In this document: positions 27,040 to 41,032 of the stretch, one piece after another
Numbering within the stretch: position 1 is the stretch's first letter
Layout: each line of letters opens with the position of its first letter
NCBI RefSeq assembly: GCF_033153115.1
Contig: NW_026889750.1
Location: 45,074,001 to 45,138,000 of the forward strand
Direction: 5' to 3'
Length of the DNA stretch: 64,000 bases
From: Saccostrea echinata
Lineage: Eukaryota
Program-made: the position numbers and the translations under genes
Notes under the pieces: generated by a model
Seen by the model: the letters and a program-made list of their open reading frames with translations, nothing else
The model's database searches: none
Told to the model about the DNA's origin: nothing

Positions 27040-28423
27040 TGCTGAATTGTCGTTTTTCATACTAATTGTTACTCCATTATTTAAACACTGAATTGTGTAC
27101 GGATTTTTCTGTTTGCCCGATCGTGTCAAAGAGCACACGGCGGGTGTGATAGGTCGACAGGGGATGCTTACTCCTCCATGGCACCTTATCCCACCTCTGT
27201 TTTTAGAGGTCCGTGTTTGCTCTGCTCTCGATTTGTATTGTTTTAATGACTTTTGAGCTTGATTACTGTTCGTTATAAAAAAAAAAAAAGACCAAGCCTG
27301 TGTGTTGCATGAAATCTATAAAATTATATTCATAAAAAACTTGCATATCGGCTTCTAGTAAATGTTCTACCAAGCTTCCTTCTTTACTCATCACGAAAAT
27401 ATAAACAGCAGTGAAGGAAACTTCAGGAGTACCTTGTCATTGGTCATCTGCAATTTTTAAAAAAAAACAAAACAAAACATTCTGATTCTACACATAATTA
27501 CTGTGAAGTTGATATCAATCTCAAGGTCCTTGAGTTTCTCATTGACAATATCTTTGTAGTTTTCCGATCGAGACCAGGTCTTTCAACAATCTATTGGAAT
27601 TTCCAATGGGTAATAAATGTACCCCGTTATTTTTGTATTCATATCAATCGGATTTTTTTTAAACTTCTACATGAAAAGAAGAAGTCTTTTCCTGTGGCCT
27701 TCAATTCGGCATTTGGATATTCTGATTTGGATGTATCGACGGCGTTTTATCAATTAACAATATCCAATTGCATTGCTTCGTTGACTCGATAAACCCCCTT
27801 GAACTCGAAATAAAAAACACAACAGAGTCCGATACATCTGTTCCATATTTGGATGTTTTACAAGAGGAAGACATTGGTGGCAAACTGACAACTAAACTTT
27901 AGGATAAACGTGATGACTTCAACTTTTCTATCGTCAGTTTCCCTTATTTATGTAACAATGTGACTATAATCACCTGCATATAGAGTTTATGTCTTCCAGC
28001 CGATTCGATATGCAGGAGCATTTTCTACGTAGGTAGGAACAATTTCTAAAACGAGGCAGGCTATTGACAAATAAATTGATGAGAGAAGGATGTCAAGAAT
28101 CCCTTTTTAAGGTCAACATTCTATGGTCGATACAATGACCTTGTTTGCAAAACAGTCTGTCGTTAAGACGGATATTGACTAATGTCTTTCATACAAATTG
28201 TTAGGCCATCATTTTCAAACTGAATTGTTTACGGATTTTTTCATTTACCCGATCATGACAAGGAGCACACGTCGAGTGTGACCGGTCGGCAGGGGATGCT
28301 TACTCCATCATGGCACCTGTTCCTACCTCTATTTTTCAGAGGCCTGTATTGGCTCTTCTCATGATTTGTGTTGTTTAAATGGACCTTTTGAGAATGATCA
28401 CCGTTTTATCTTCACATTTCATC
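27040..28423 (+). mobile_element. Penelope-like element in partial-tandem (pseudo-LTR) arrangement
   Basis: 3' module at 27040-27276, A-run, then decayed RT (SSKCSTK, EFLIDNIFV, QQSIGI, YIDGVLSINN, DKRDDFNFSIV) ending in a second 3' module at ~28250-28423. Confidence 0.85.
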
Positions 28424-28699
28424 ACCAACTTTATTTCTCCACGGTTGATTCTGCTTATGCTTTTGCACTGGTTTGATCATATGCATTGCAAAACCTATGT
28501 CGTAAAACTGCATATTTTATAACTTTACGTCCTCTTTTTCTTGTTAGGTCTAAACATTTAAAAAAAATTGTAATCTCAAGAATCATCTTAACTTTCAGTT
28601 AGATAAAAAAAAACATGTGTGACAAATATACTCTTCTCGATTGACGCAAAGTTACGGACTGTATATCTTTTCATTCTGCTTTATTTCATTATACACAGG

Positions 28700-28898
28700 A
28701 AAAGAACTTACGACTAAGACCAACAAGTTTAGTTGTTTTAACATCTTGCGCACCAGTTTTCTTTTAATTACAATTGCTCTTAAATATGTTTAAATTAAAA
28801 AATAAATTATATACTTTTTCAAATTAATACAAAGAAGAAAATTATTCACAAAAACATACTTCGGTCTTAGTCGTGAGTTCTTTTGTAAAACGGGACCC
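28700..28898. mobile_element. MITE (PIF/Harbinger-like), left end truncated
   Basis: Inverted repeat aaaagaacttacgactaagacc / ggtcttagtcgtgagttctttt; right end tgtaaaacgggaccc. Confidence 0.65.
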
Positions 28899-29381
28899 AT
28901 TCTGTTTAATATGGACTGAAGAAAGATTAGTTTAAGGCATGAAATTGGTCTAAGTTTATTTTATGTAAAGTAAAAATTTTACTGCAGCTTAAAAATAAAT
29001 ATACTTTTACCTTCCTGTTAATAATAAGTATTGTTTTTATCATTTTTATATTTGGTGTCTCCCTTATGATTATGTTTACTCTTATGGAGTCTGTATATAT
29101 TTGACAAGACACGCAGTGTGCTTTAGTCTAAAATTTGTTAATTTCCATTTTCACTGCTGATAACTATAAATCTCTTTTAATAATTCTAGACAATATAAAT
29201 TCTTAGTTTTTTAAAAACCTTTAGAAAAATATTGTAAACTGTATTTACAAAAATACGTAGAATTTTTCTAATATTTTAAAAAACATGTCTTGGGAAATTG
29301 GGAAAAATTAATTTAAAACAACCATCAATTTTAACTTGATCGATAAAAGAACATAACGATGAAAGAAAATATTTGATACAG

Positions 29382-29384
<3 letters not shown>

Positions 29385-29427
<43 letters not shown>
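29385..29427. repeat. (CT)n microsatellite
   Basis: Direct reading. Confidence 0.97.
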
Positions 29428-29434
<7 letters not shown>

Positions 29435-30092
29435 TGTGTTTTAAGAAACTGAAATTGAACAAGCTGGTATTTTCAGAAGGTACATAATTGACTTTCTTGA
29501 TACCAAATCTCGTGTGATAGAAGTTTGTATAAATACTTGTGTCAAATAATAAATCCACTACAGGATAATTTTCTTTTTACTTGTAATTCTATTTCTGCAC
29601 GCGACATTTGAAGTGGAGACACGACTAGGAACGGGTCCCTGGTGAATTCGTTAGATGAATACGGGTTTACAGGAATCCATCCCGTTCACATGAAGAAAGA
29701 TTTTTCGGCACAAATCAAGCCTTCGTCGTGTCTTTATATTCCCCATCATGCTATCTTCTGATGGAAAATCTCGCGAGAGTTGAACGTGATTAGAGGCGGA
29801 TTTGAAATCCATTTGTAGTCGTGTTTTCTATAGAGCTTTCAAAACCAACATTGCCGATGTATAATTACCCTACCCCAATCAATCTTTGCTTATACGATTT
29901 GTACTTGTTGTAATTACACACATTTCTGTTTTTGACCACAGAACAAATTAGTTCATTTGACGGTAGAAGCAAATAAATGCTCCGTAATGCATTTTAAGCC
30001 GTATTGTGTGCTGTTTATGATAATTAGCTTTCAGAGTAGGGGACTATTCCCGCATCATCTTGATAAGCCACTAAATATATAGTATTAACTAA

Positions 30093-31235
30093 AAGGTAAG
30101 TGAATACATATTTCAACAAATGCACAATGGATGAATGTATATTTTTTTTTAGTTTTTTGTAAACGAATAGTACTTCGTTTTATCAGTAAAAAAAACTTAT
30201 ATTTGTTAAACTTTGTAAGGTGCTTACATTTTTGAACTGATACCCAATTGACGTATATTTCTATCAAACTATTGATCATTTTAGGGTATGTTAATAGACT
30301 GATTGTTGAGATTGTTGGATTCAGTTGATTTTTTTTTTTTACTTCTATACGACATTCAGCAAAATGAAAGAAAAATACAAGATGTAAATCGAAATAAATT
30401 TGAGTTATTTTCATTCCTGTCCAGAAACAAACAAACACAAAATGCATACAAAACAAGGATATTCTATTGACCAATCAAATGCCCAGAAAGGCATTTTAAC
30501 ATTAAAAAAGTACAATTTAAACATTTAATCACAAAGGAAATTGATTTCTTTTATAAAAATTAATGCAGAGCCAGAATCAGGCTACATTGTGTCCAGTTTC
30601 AATGATATTTTAAAAAGCATATACATGTACATGTAATAGTACATTTTTATACATGCATTTATACATTTCTTTAATATTTATATTTTCCGAAACATGCATA
30701 TACATGATAAATACTGTATATATTTATTCTGTTACTGTTTTCAAAAATATGAAATTTATATTCATTATTTAAGATTCTTAGCTGGTGTCAAAAGAGAGAC
30801 ATTTGATATGTTGATATAGTTTACATTAATTGTAACATATTGTAATTTTTAAATTTACCGGGTGGCAGTAAATACAAAATTTACAATCTGACAACTGTAA
30901 ATTTTGTATTTCCTACCATCCGGTAAATTCAAAATGTTACAAAATGACAATTGTAACCTTTCATTGTTATTTTTGTACAAACAAGCAAAACTTCCCCAGT
31001 AACATCATTTAAGAGAGTAAAAGTATTATTGACTTTCTTTACGTTGTCTTTAGCATGCTTAATAATTCAAATAAGATCACAGAACATTTCACAAACCGTC
31101 AAACATACACAATATATTTTAGGGATTTAGGAATACAGGAAAAGTAGTGACTAATCATTTTACATAAGGACCAGTAAAACTTTTATTGTAAAAAAACAAT
31201 CATTAAAATCAATCTTTATGTATCTTACATCGATA
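30093..31235 (+). mobile_element. Second, interrupted copy of the 23447-24245 repeat
   Basis: Collinear shared blocks ggtaagtgaat.cata, cattttagggtatgtt, aatacaag.tgtaaatc, taggaatacaggaaa.gtagtgactaa; extra ~600 bp in the middle. Confidence 0.7.
30852..30929. repeat. Palindromic (foldback) element
   Basis: aatttaccgggtggcagtaaatacaaaatttaca / tgtaaattttgtatttcctaccatccggtaaatt with an ~11-nt spacer. Confidence 0.85.
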
Positions 31236-31803
31236 AATTTTAGATTTTAGTTTAGGTGCATTTTTATCAGTCTGGCAAGTAAACGTATCACGTCTTTAAA
31301 AAAAACAATTAAGTAGTGTCTTTTTTCATAAAGCAAAGTTCAATTATCAACTATACCAAAAAAAACTGGGGGAAAAACCATTGTCTAACATTGATTAAAT
31401 TGTGTTTTCTTCCTTCATACGTATTTCCCACCCCAACCATCCCTACACTCATCATCCCACGCAGGAACATCAAAAAAGTAAAACAAAAACATCTTAAACA
31501 TACTTATACGAGCGTAGTTTATCATGTATGTGGAAAAGTAATAAGGTAAATGTTTAAAAAAAAAAGAAAAGTATATCATATTCTTAATGATAAATTTAAG
31601 TAATCAAGGTATATTGAAATATCTAATACACCTAAAGCACTCAATCATAAATTGTTCAAGAGTACATTATCCTTTGGAAAATATTTTGATATTTTACCAG
31701 TGAAATTTCTTAAGAGTTTTTGTAAATCTGGAACAGGTAGTGCTAGGCTCCCTATTAAAATAGGGAAATGGAACGATATTCCTACAGAATTAAGATTAAA
31801 TAA

Positions 31804-32046
31804 ATGAAATATGGAGAAAACGAACAGTATTCAAGCTCAAAGGTCCATTCAAACAATACAAATCAGGAGCAGAGCTAACACGGACCTCTAAAACATCAGA
31901 GGTGGGATCAGGTACCATGGAGGAGTGAGCATCCTCTGTCGTCCGGTCACAACCGCCGTGTGCTCCTTGTCATGATCGGGAAAAACCGTAGAAAATTCAG
32001 TGTATAAATAATGACTTGTATGAAAGACGCCAGTCAGCATTTGACT
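31804..32046 (-). mobile_element. Penelope-like element 3' end
   Basis: Reverse complement of the 21520-21775 sequence. Confidence 0.88.
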
Positions 32047-35000
32047 TAATTTAACTTGTGTAATTGTAAAGAAATTGGTGCAGAGTTTCATTACTTATTC
32101 AATTGAACTGGTGTAATATTAAAACAAGGAAGGTCATTATACTAGTATTTATCTAATTATTATATTGTGAACCCGAATGTATACAAAGAGAATATGTTCA
32201 AAGATACAAAAAGAAACAGTTGATAAATCTACGTAAATTTATACAAAAGATTATCGCTCTCCTGGTTCATTCTGCCACGCAATGTGCATTATATATATTG
32301 CAATATTTATTTTTCTCTACGACTGTTACCAGTTTTATGAGAATAAAGTTTTGTCAGTGTCATATAATAATCTTTGTTTATCGTCAAAGAAGTAAATTAA
32401 TTTCAATTAAAAGGAGTCTCAGATTTACAATAAAAAGTAATCTCTCGAAACGTTTACCTTCTTTCAGCTCATGAAGGTGAATTCCCCACCTCTTCCTTCA
32501 CAGGTATGATACAAATTTTCTTCTTAATGATATCATATTATTCTGTGACACACATTCAATTCTATCTTGAACATAAATAAAATCTCGAACACGAGTCCTT
32601 TATCAGTTAAAGACTATAAAATATTTTTTAAGAAATACATGTAATCTAAAATGTTTACTTTTGAATATCAAACAATTTGTAGATCTTTGTAAAATATTAA
32701 TATTTTGTTAAAAACAAAACAGCAAAACAACAAACAAACAAATACTAACAATACTTCAGATTATATTTTGAGAAGTCCATGTAAAAAGGATATTACTTTC
32801 AGTTTTTCACATAAATATGTTTCATTATTTAAATAATTCATTTATATTTCAACAATTCCATTTCACCAATTTCACAATTAAAACCAGAGGAAGAAAGGCA
32901 TATATGTTTCCTTTTATTTACCAACAATGTTAGTTTTTGTATATGTAAAACTTGATATTCTGAAAACATATTTTCTTTTCTTCAGTGTATCCCATAGCTA
33001 CACACATATCAAGATATTTGTAAAATATTCGAAGCAACATTCATGCCATTTATAAAAACAATGTTTTTGAAGTTCTACTCCGGTTTTGTTTCACCTTAGA
33101 AGATGCAATTGTTTACCAAACATCAAACATTGAATATTTCTTTTTGCAGATAAAAGCTTTGATAAGACGTAATTTCCTTGCGTGAATGGCTGCTTAAAGT
33201 GCAATTTACTGTTGAATTCCGAGTGCTACGCAGTACCCGGCATTTTCTGATTTTTCAGTAATTGTCGATGGAAATTTTTCGTTATATGACTATTGAAATA
33301 CTTTTCCAATGTCATATAGAATCGTCCCAGCACATTATCTTTTCCTTTGCTTTTCTGCTCTTCATCAATCAAATTAATTAATCGTTTTCTCTAGAGAACA
33401 TATTCATTTCTACTCCATGAAATTTTAATAATGAACAAACACTTCCGTCTTTGTTTTTATTTTGTTTAATGTGAATGATGGACTCTTAATAACTATCAAA
33501 AATACCTTCCAAACAACATTATAAAATTTCTAAATAATGCATGACTTAATTTGTCAACCAGAAGACTATTAATGTAAAAATCCCTTTTTTTTATTCCAGA
33601 CGTTCACTTAAACTCTACAAACAGCGAGCCAAAACTGAAGTAAACCAACTAAAGCGGAATGGAAGCCATGTTTTGGATATGAAGAAATATAACGTAATCA
33701 GAGGTAGAGCATTCGCAGTGATAAATCATCACTGAATAATGAATAAGGCATATCCCCCGGACAATTCCACCAGAACAACTCATATTGAAATAGAGCCTGA
33801 TAACTTTATTAATTTTCGTACCAGGACATCAAAGAAACGGCTTGATTTCTACTTAAATATTAATTTCAAGATTGCTTTTAATCACAGTGAGCTGCCTTGT
33901 TTTTTTCCTGATATTTGTCATTCTCCTTTTCAGTAACGCAAGATTTCATATCAAATTATTGTTTATTGTTTTATCTGTAATTACTATGCATTTCAAATGA
34001 TTAAAAACTTGAATTAATTGGGTTTTTTTAAATACAAATCCAGTAACATATATTTTCAAAATACGAGGTCTGTTTAATAAATAGATGATCAAAAAGAATT
34101 TTATATCTGCAAAATAAATCGTATTGCAGAATGAACAAACTTTAATTCAGAGATGAAAACAGAATTAAAAATGCATACATTTGGAGAAACAGTTCTTTAC
34201 AAGACATCGGGGAATAGTATTCTCAGAATATTTCCTAAATCGGAGATATCAAACGCGATATAGCTTATCGCTAACTTTAAACTTCTCCCTTGATATACGG
34301 GATGGGTTGTAACTGTAAAATATTTATAGATGCCTATTTGTTCGGTATTAAAGTTGACAACATTTGATTTACCTTGACAAAGATCCTATCAATCACACAA
34401 ATCATCAATTATGAATCTGGTTTTCGGTAAATGGTTCTGATCTAAGATCGACACAAAGTCAAATCAAGGAGAATGAAATGGTATCTTCTTCCCAAAAAAA
34501 AGTAGAAAATAAAGAAGGATGGTTTTAAAATGTATGGAAGTATAAACTATGAGAGAATAATTTTTTTGGTGAGAAAGTAAAGATTATTTTTATCAAATAG
34601 TTCCGGACATCAAGTCCGTGTAACATTAGCTGATAAGCATGCCCTGAAGCTTGTAATGTCCCTATTATCTACCTCCAGTATCTATGATATCAATGACAAG
34701 TCATTAATAATGCAAGAATTAGTAAGAACAATCACAAACTCAAGTTATTCATTGCTTTAGACACACATCTTAAATCATATATATATTTTTCATGCATAGA
34801 AATTAAAAAATTAAAATAACGCAAGCACACATAATGAAATTAAAATAAGAATATGGAAAATTAGTTAATTCTGTTCGAGCACAAATATTTATCAAGAACA
34901 TGTATCCGTTTCATTCTTTTGATCTACTTAAAAAAAACTTTACAAAATACGCAAGTTTTGATATCATTAAAATATTGATATCATTATAATTTTCTGTTTT

Positions 35001-36280
35001 TTATTTTTAAACTTGGCATTCTATTTCTGTAGTCTAAATTTAAATTTCATCCTTTACTTCAGCTAAATAGTGTGTTTAATTTATATTCTATTTTCTTGCT
35101 CTAATTGTATTTACCTATAACCATATTTATTTCGTACTACTCACTATGGATCTTCCATAACTTTACATAACGAAATAATTAATAATAAGACGAATAAGAA
35201 TACGTTTTCTAACTCATTTCTGATACTCCCTGATCTATATAAATATTCTTTGGGGATTTGCAAATTAAAACATAGTTTCAATTAACACGATATGTACACA
35301 AACGTATTTGGCTGAAAATTATGGTATATGTAAATATGTATTCCAATATGTTGGATACTGAACACAAATTGAAAAAAAAAACAACAAAACGCTTGACAAA
35401 GACACCATTATCAATGGAGGTAACATGAGGTCATCACTAATGCAACGAATCCACATATCAACCAAAACCATCTGATGGAACCCCGAACCCGAGGATTATG
35501 CCTAATGACTCTCTCGTCCACCAAATGTGGAAAAACAAAGACAAAATGGCGGATAACTGCAGATTACACTCGGCAAAAAGCTTTCATCAATTATTTTTAT
35601 AAGCATTTCCAAATTACATGGCTTTTGAGCATTGCTTCATTAAGTGATATGGGATTAAAATTCTACAAAGTTCATCAAGGCTGCTTAAACAGGTTTTCTT
35701 ATCGAACAATCTTGTTCCATGTCACAGAGGATAAGCAGGCAAAGTCAAGTCCATCATTAAGTGGAATTATCTTCTATTGTATTTCATTTTTCTCTAAATC
35801 CTTTATACGTGCCCTCAAATTTTTAAAAATTAGAGCGCTACAATTCAGTAAACAGTCAAATGAGACTAAAAAAAATTTAAAAATGAAACAATTGTTGGAC
35901 ATTGTAAGGGTTTTTTTGTAAAGCAACATGATAATATTAAAGTGCTGCTATAAGTTGCCAGTGTATAATTTGGTAGTTGTAAGTTGTCTACTTCTATATT
36001 ACTTGAAAGATTACTTTAAGCCATCATCACTAGGAACAAATGATTTTTTTTGGATTGATGTGTCATAAAAATCAATGAAGAATACAGGTCTTTGGATGAT
36101 GCAATCGCAGATTTTGAGTGAGTTTATTAAATCCAAAATCTGTTGAAGCTAAATAATTCTAAATCCCACTCAAGATCTCAGCATTTGAGCACAATTCTTG
36201 GTCTGAATATATACTAATATTTATGACATGAAATCCTGTTTGTAAACCATATGTTAACTGGATTTGTCAATGAAATTAGA

Positions 36281-37060
36281 TTTACCCCGTTATTAGCAGA
36301 CCCATTTTTGTATTCATATGAAGCAGAATTTATTCAAAAACTTATACATGAGAAGAAGACACCTGTTTTGGCCTTCAACTCGACATTTAGATATGTCGAC
36401 GACGTATTATCAATTAACAATAGTTACTTCGATTCATAGGTCGACTCGATATATCTCAGTGAACTTGAAATAAAAGATACAACAGAGTCTCACACATCTG
36501 TCTCATATTTGGATATTTAACTTTTAAGAAGACGTTTATGGTAATCTAACAACAAAATGATAAACGTGATGACTTCAACTTTTCTATCGTTAACTTCCCT
36601 TACTTATGTAGAAATATACCCTTATCACCTGCATATTGGGTTTATATCTCCCAGTTGATTCGATGCGCAAGAGCATACTCAACGTTCGAACAATTTCTAA
36701 AACAATGCAAGCTATTGCCAAACAGTTGATGAAACAAAAATTTCAACAGTCTCGTTTAAAGTCATTATTTCGCAATTCTTTGATCGATACAATGACTTGG
36801 TCTGTCATTAAGTCGAATACCGACTGACGTTTTTCATACTAATTGTAAGGCCATTGTTTAAACACTGCGGATTTTCCGTTTGCCTGATCATGACAAGGAG
36901 CATACGGCGGGTGTAACCGGTCGACAGGGGATATCGGTACTTACTCCTCCATGGCACCTGATCCCACCTATGATGTTTTGGAGGTCCATGTTTGCTACCG
37001 ATTTGCATTGTTCAATGGACTTTTGAGTTTGATTACTGTTCGTTATCTCTATATTTCATT
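36281..37060 (+). mobile_element. Decayed Penelope-like retroelement, RT core to 3' end
   Basis: ORF 36251..36439 has PLLADPFLYSYEAEFIQKL...FRYVDDVLSINN (catalytic YxDD); no endonuclease follows the RT. Confidence 0.9.
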
Positions 37061-37379
37061 TGGTATGTTATTTTAAATGTTGATACATATATATTTTCGT
37101 CTAGAACAAGTACAAGAATTTACTTAAAATGTTAAGAATAAATAAATTTAGAAATACAGTTTTTCTTTGATATCTAAAACGTTTTGTTTTCAATATACCA
37201 GTATATATCTTATAACTAACTGAAAACATCATTAGACAATGGCAAACTCTTATATATTATTCTGAGGGTGATTATCAGTAACTTTAGAGCTGCATGTTCT
37301 AAAAAGTTCACGATATTTGATATAAACTCTGAAGTTTGCAATAGGGTCTTATTTTAAGCAGATGTCTCTTTAAGTCACC

Positions 37380-38040
37380 ATTTTGCACCTTGACTGTTTT
37401 ACAGAAGGAATCTCTCTTTCTAACTTTGAACCACAAGTGTAACATAGAAATTCAACAGAAACACGAAAAAGCAGGGCCTGTCCAAAGCGTCATACTTTAA
37501 GTTTGTCAAATTCTTCACAGGGAAACACAGAGAGCTCTCCTAAAAGGTCAACAATTTTGTTTCCAGTCATTCATCTTGCATAACTTCATACTGATAAGGA
37601 AGTTGAAGCCTTATTCTGTTATGTTCCTCAGAAGAAGTGATATAATCGGGTAATTAGCCGGATCCGCTACACCGACAAGTACCAAACTGTATCGATATTG
37701 AACTGAATGGCATCTTATTAGATTCCGTCTGTCAATATTGGAGGGGCCCGACAACTTCCAGAAGCACTGTTAGCTTTGTCTGTTTGACAATCGTCCCACA
37801 GGGGAAGGGACAATTCGGGCTCTCCAAAATGGGTTATTGATATAATATGAAAATTGAATAAAAGTCCTGGCCGTCTGTCGGAATTTGAAGTTCGAGTTAC
37901 ACATTAATGCAGAGTAATGATAACAAATTGACATTGTGATAAAAGGAAAATTATGATTAAAATGGAAGATATGGTGCTCTAGGTTGGGGATGGGAGCTGT
38001 TCATGTTGTCCATCGTAATGGTAGTTTACGAGGACGTTAG
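37380..38040. promoter_or_regulatory. Candidate distal cis-regulatory island
   Basis: Unique, GC-richer, no ORF or repeat; GATA (TGATAA), TGACA and TAAT motifs. Confidence 0.25.
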
Positions 38041-38830
38041 AGGAGTCTGATACTTTTATTAAGAGAATTCCTCTTCTATTGAACATTATTTACTGCAACT
38101 CTTTCTGCTTCTTTTATTCGCCAATAAAACATATAACTCTGCATAACATATTATATGGAGTTTATGGACAAAACCGTACAAAATCGCATTTTTTCTGGTA
38201 TTGGTTTTAGACTTTAAAATATCTTATAACTCTGTCACTCTAAGTAATACAATTCCTGGTCTCAAGACCATAAACTGACTAGATTAAAGTCAAAATTTCA
38301 AAACTTTTGAATATTGAAAAAAATCAACATGTTTTTGCAATTCAATATTATCAAACTTACACATTTTTTAAAACATGTTTGTTTGAATGAAAATCACGAT
38401 ATTCAAAATCTAAATTTTGACTTAAGGATAAATAACACTATTTTTTTCTTCCAAAATCCAAATAATTATTCTAAAATAGATGCCTCCCTCACTTAAGAAG
38501 TGATATATTTTTTTTTAGTCAAACAATTTAATGTTTGGCCAAGCCACGTAATTTGGTGAAAAGTGGGAAAATGCAACTTTACAGTTCAATATAATTTTTG
38601 AAAAGTTTCAGAAATGTATGAAGTTTTCTTACTGCAAAATTTCCAGGGACTAATTCAAGAGTGTATTTTTACATTTTATAACTTGATCCAATTTTTTTTT
38701 ATAACATTTCCATTGAAAGAAATATTGAAAAAATACCAGTGTAACTCTTCTGTGTTGGAGATAAGAAAATTTGTTTGTGGTGTGTATCTTTAAGCCTGTT
38801 TTCAGTTTAAGTCTGAGATCATTGTCTTAA

Positions 38831-39008
38831 TGCAACGTTAAGGGTTCATTTCGTAAAGACTTGTTTACCCTCAGAGAAATATTTGATCTCAAACACTATA
38901 CATAAACGGTTTCTATGTCCTCCAAAGTATTGGTCCAAAAAGTGTTCAAGATCAAATATTTCTTTGTAAATAGACAAGGCTGTTTTAAAGAGTACCGTTA
39001 ACGTTGCA
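38831..39008. mobile_element. Palindromic MITE (~178 bp)
   Basis: tgcaacgttaa...ttaacgttgca ends; inner aaatatttgatct / agatcaaatattt. Confidence 0.8.
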
Positions 39009-39699
39009 ATTTCGTTAATCCTTACATAGTAATAAGATATGAAATAATTGAAATGTCATTCCTTGAGCATTCATATTAAACTTTCAAATAAATACTTTTT
39101 ATTTCCTCTACAATTCAAAGAATGAATGGATTTAAATATAGGTATATAAATATAGATATCGCATGTAATTCGCTTGGTTGCAGAATCTTTAATTAAATAT
39201 ATATATTGCACAGCATTAAGTTCTTGGATGACAAAGGTCAGAGACATCTATTGTTCGTATGAAGACTTAGAAAATTTAGAGACTTCAATAAAAATGGATT
39301 TTGTTTGGTTTATCCTGCATTATTTTTCAGAAATATTTTAAATGGCACATAGCTTTTGTTTCAGATGGAAATTCTGTCATAAAACAAAGCACAAAAAAGT
39401 GTCATCACTGTTCAAAACCAAGTCAAAGCATTTTTAGAATGTTTGATGCACTTTAAATGTATAAAAAAAACTTTTTAATGGCATACTGTCGTTATCCTTT
39501 GGTATGTGGAACAAAGGAAAGATAGGATAAAGGCCGAATTTGGTCCATTATTTGATCAAAAATCAAAACACAGTTAAAATTTTGATATTTTGCAATTAAA
39601 AAATTAATATTAAAAATCCCTGTTTTAAAACCAGCTTTAATTTTGATTCGAGTCGAATATGGAGGCCACAAGAGGGAGACAAAGTAGAACATTTTACTG

Positions 39700-39975
39700 A
39701 ATTTCCTCAATTCTGATGGAATTTTGTAAAATTTGAGATACTTTTCACTTCGGGAAACATGGAGCTCAAGCTTGCCTATCAGAGAATTTTATACAAAATA
39801 TGTATCTGATACTTGTGCATAAAATATATAAACTGGTAGATAGGTAAGCTTGTGTTCTGTGTTTTCTGAAACAAAATGTGCTTTAAAATTGATGAAAACT
39901 TGAATAAAAATGAAAAAAAAAATTGGAAATTGACAAATTTTGTGATTTTCCTGTAATCTCTTTATATCCTTTAAC
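39700..39975. mobile_element. Degenerate foldback element
   Basis: gaaacatggagctcaagcttgcctatc / gataggtaagcttgtgttctgtgttttc around ~39805; ends atcctttaa. Confidence 0.5.
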
Positions 39976-40071
39976 TTAAAATCAATATACTAATCTTTTA
40001 ACAGAGATAACAACAGGTTTTTGATTATGAACTACTGTATAACTCTAAGAGAATTTTACAACGTCAAAAGC

Positions 40072-40902
40072 TCATATTACACGTTCTAAATGATCTCTGT
40101 CTATTTCAACTACGAAAGAAAGTTGCTGCTTGAAATTTTTATAACCATTGTCACACATTTTGCTGAGATATTTCTTATCTGAAGTTTTATGTTCATATTA
40201 GGTTCATTCAGTATCTGTGATCTAGGATTGTAATCCTGTTCTTAGGAACTTCAACAGAAATGGTCCAAAGATTGAGACCTGGCGAATACAAGGGTCAAAC
40301 TCTTTCTTTGGGGTGTTGCATTCTTGAGAATTTGTACATTAAAAACTTCAAATCAAATTTCAGAGTACAATATACACTGAAAATGCTAATATTGCAAGCA
40401 TAATATTTTGAATATATCTATCTGATACTTTTCTAAGGAGTTTGCTAAACTATTTAGAGTCTTCATTTCAACAAGAAAATCTTCGGATATTGAAGTCCTT
40501 AGTCTTCCTGGATTATCGTGTCATTTATCGCATATTGTCCGTCCCTGTCCTTTCAAACTTTGTTACTAGCCTTCTGATAAGCATCCTAGAAAGCTTCTTT
40601 TCTTTTGGAATATTTTCTTTCATCAATTTCTGAAAGAATTTTGGCGATTTGTATTGATAAAACAGCTTTACAACTCAGCAATATGTTAGTTTTAGCCATT
40701 TCTTAAAAAAATATCAAAATTATGATATCGGCGTTTTTGTCACAATTGAACATTATGATACCATGATTTCTTTGACTTTTTCATAAGAAATAAAGATTGA
40801 GGATTTGATGTTTAAAATGATATATGGATTGTATCAAAAATATGATAGATAAAAAAGATATTTAATTTTAAAAATGTAACATATATTATGAAACACCCTG
40901 TA
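40072..40902 (-). mobile_element. Internally deleted Tc1/mariner-superfamily transposon relic
   Basis: TA+CAGGGTGTTTCA terminus at 40902-40889; hand translation IRRLVTKFERTG (40578-40543), *PLYSPGLN (40297-40271; decayed WPxxSPDLNPLD), C-terminus ...DHLERVI* at 40072. Confidence 0.8.
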
Positions 40903-41032
40903 GACTTGACTTCGTTTTACATTAATACAAAAACACAGCAGATCAAAGATATTGGAAAATTGGTTGTAAAAATCATGCATTCAATTTTCGATTTGAAAAG
41001 AACCCTTACTACATTGTTACAAACATTGATGT

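Noticed and set aside
30852-30929. Hairpin as a miRNA precursor
   Set aside because: No recognisable mature miRNA; it lies inside a repeat insertion and looks like a MITE core.
35475-35921. 148-aa ORF as a gene
   Set aside because: No recognisable domain or splice context, and AT-rich codon composition; more likely a non-coding island.
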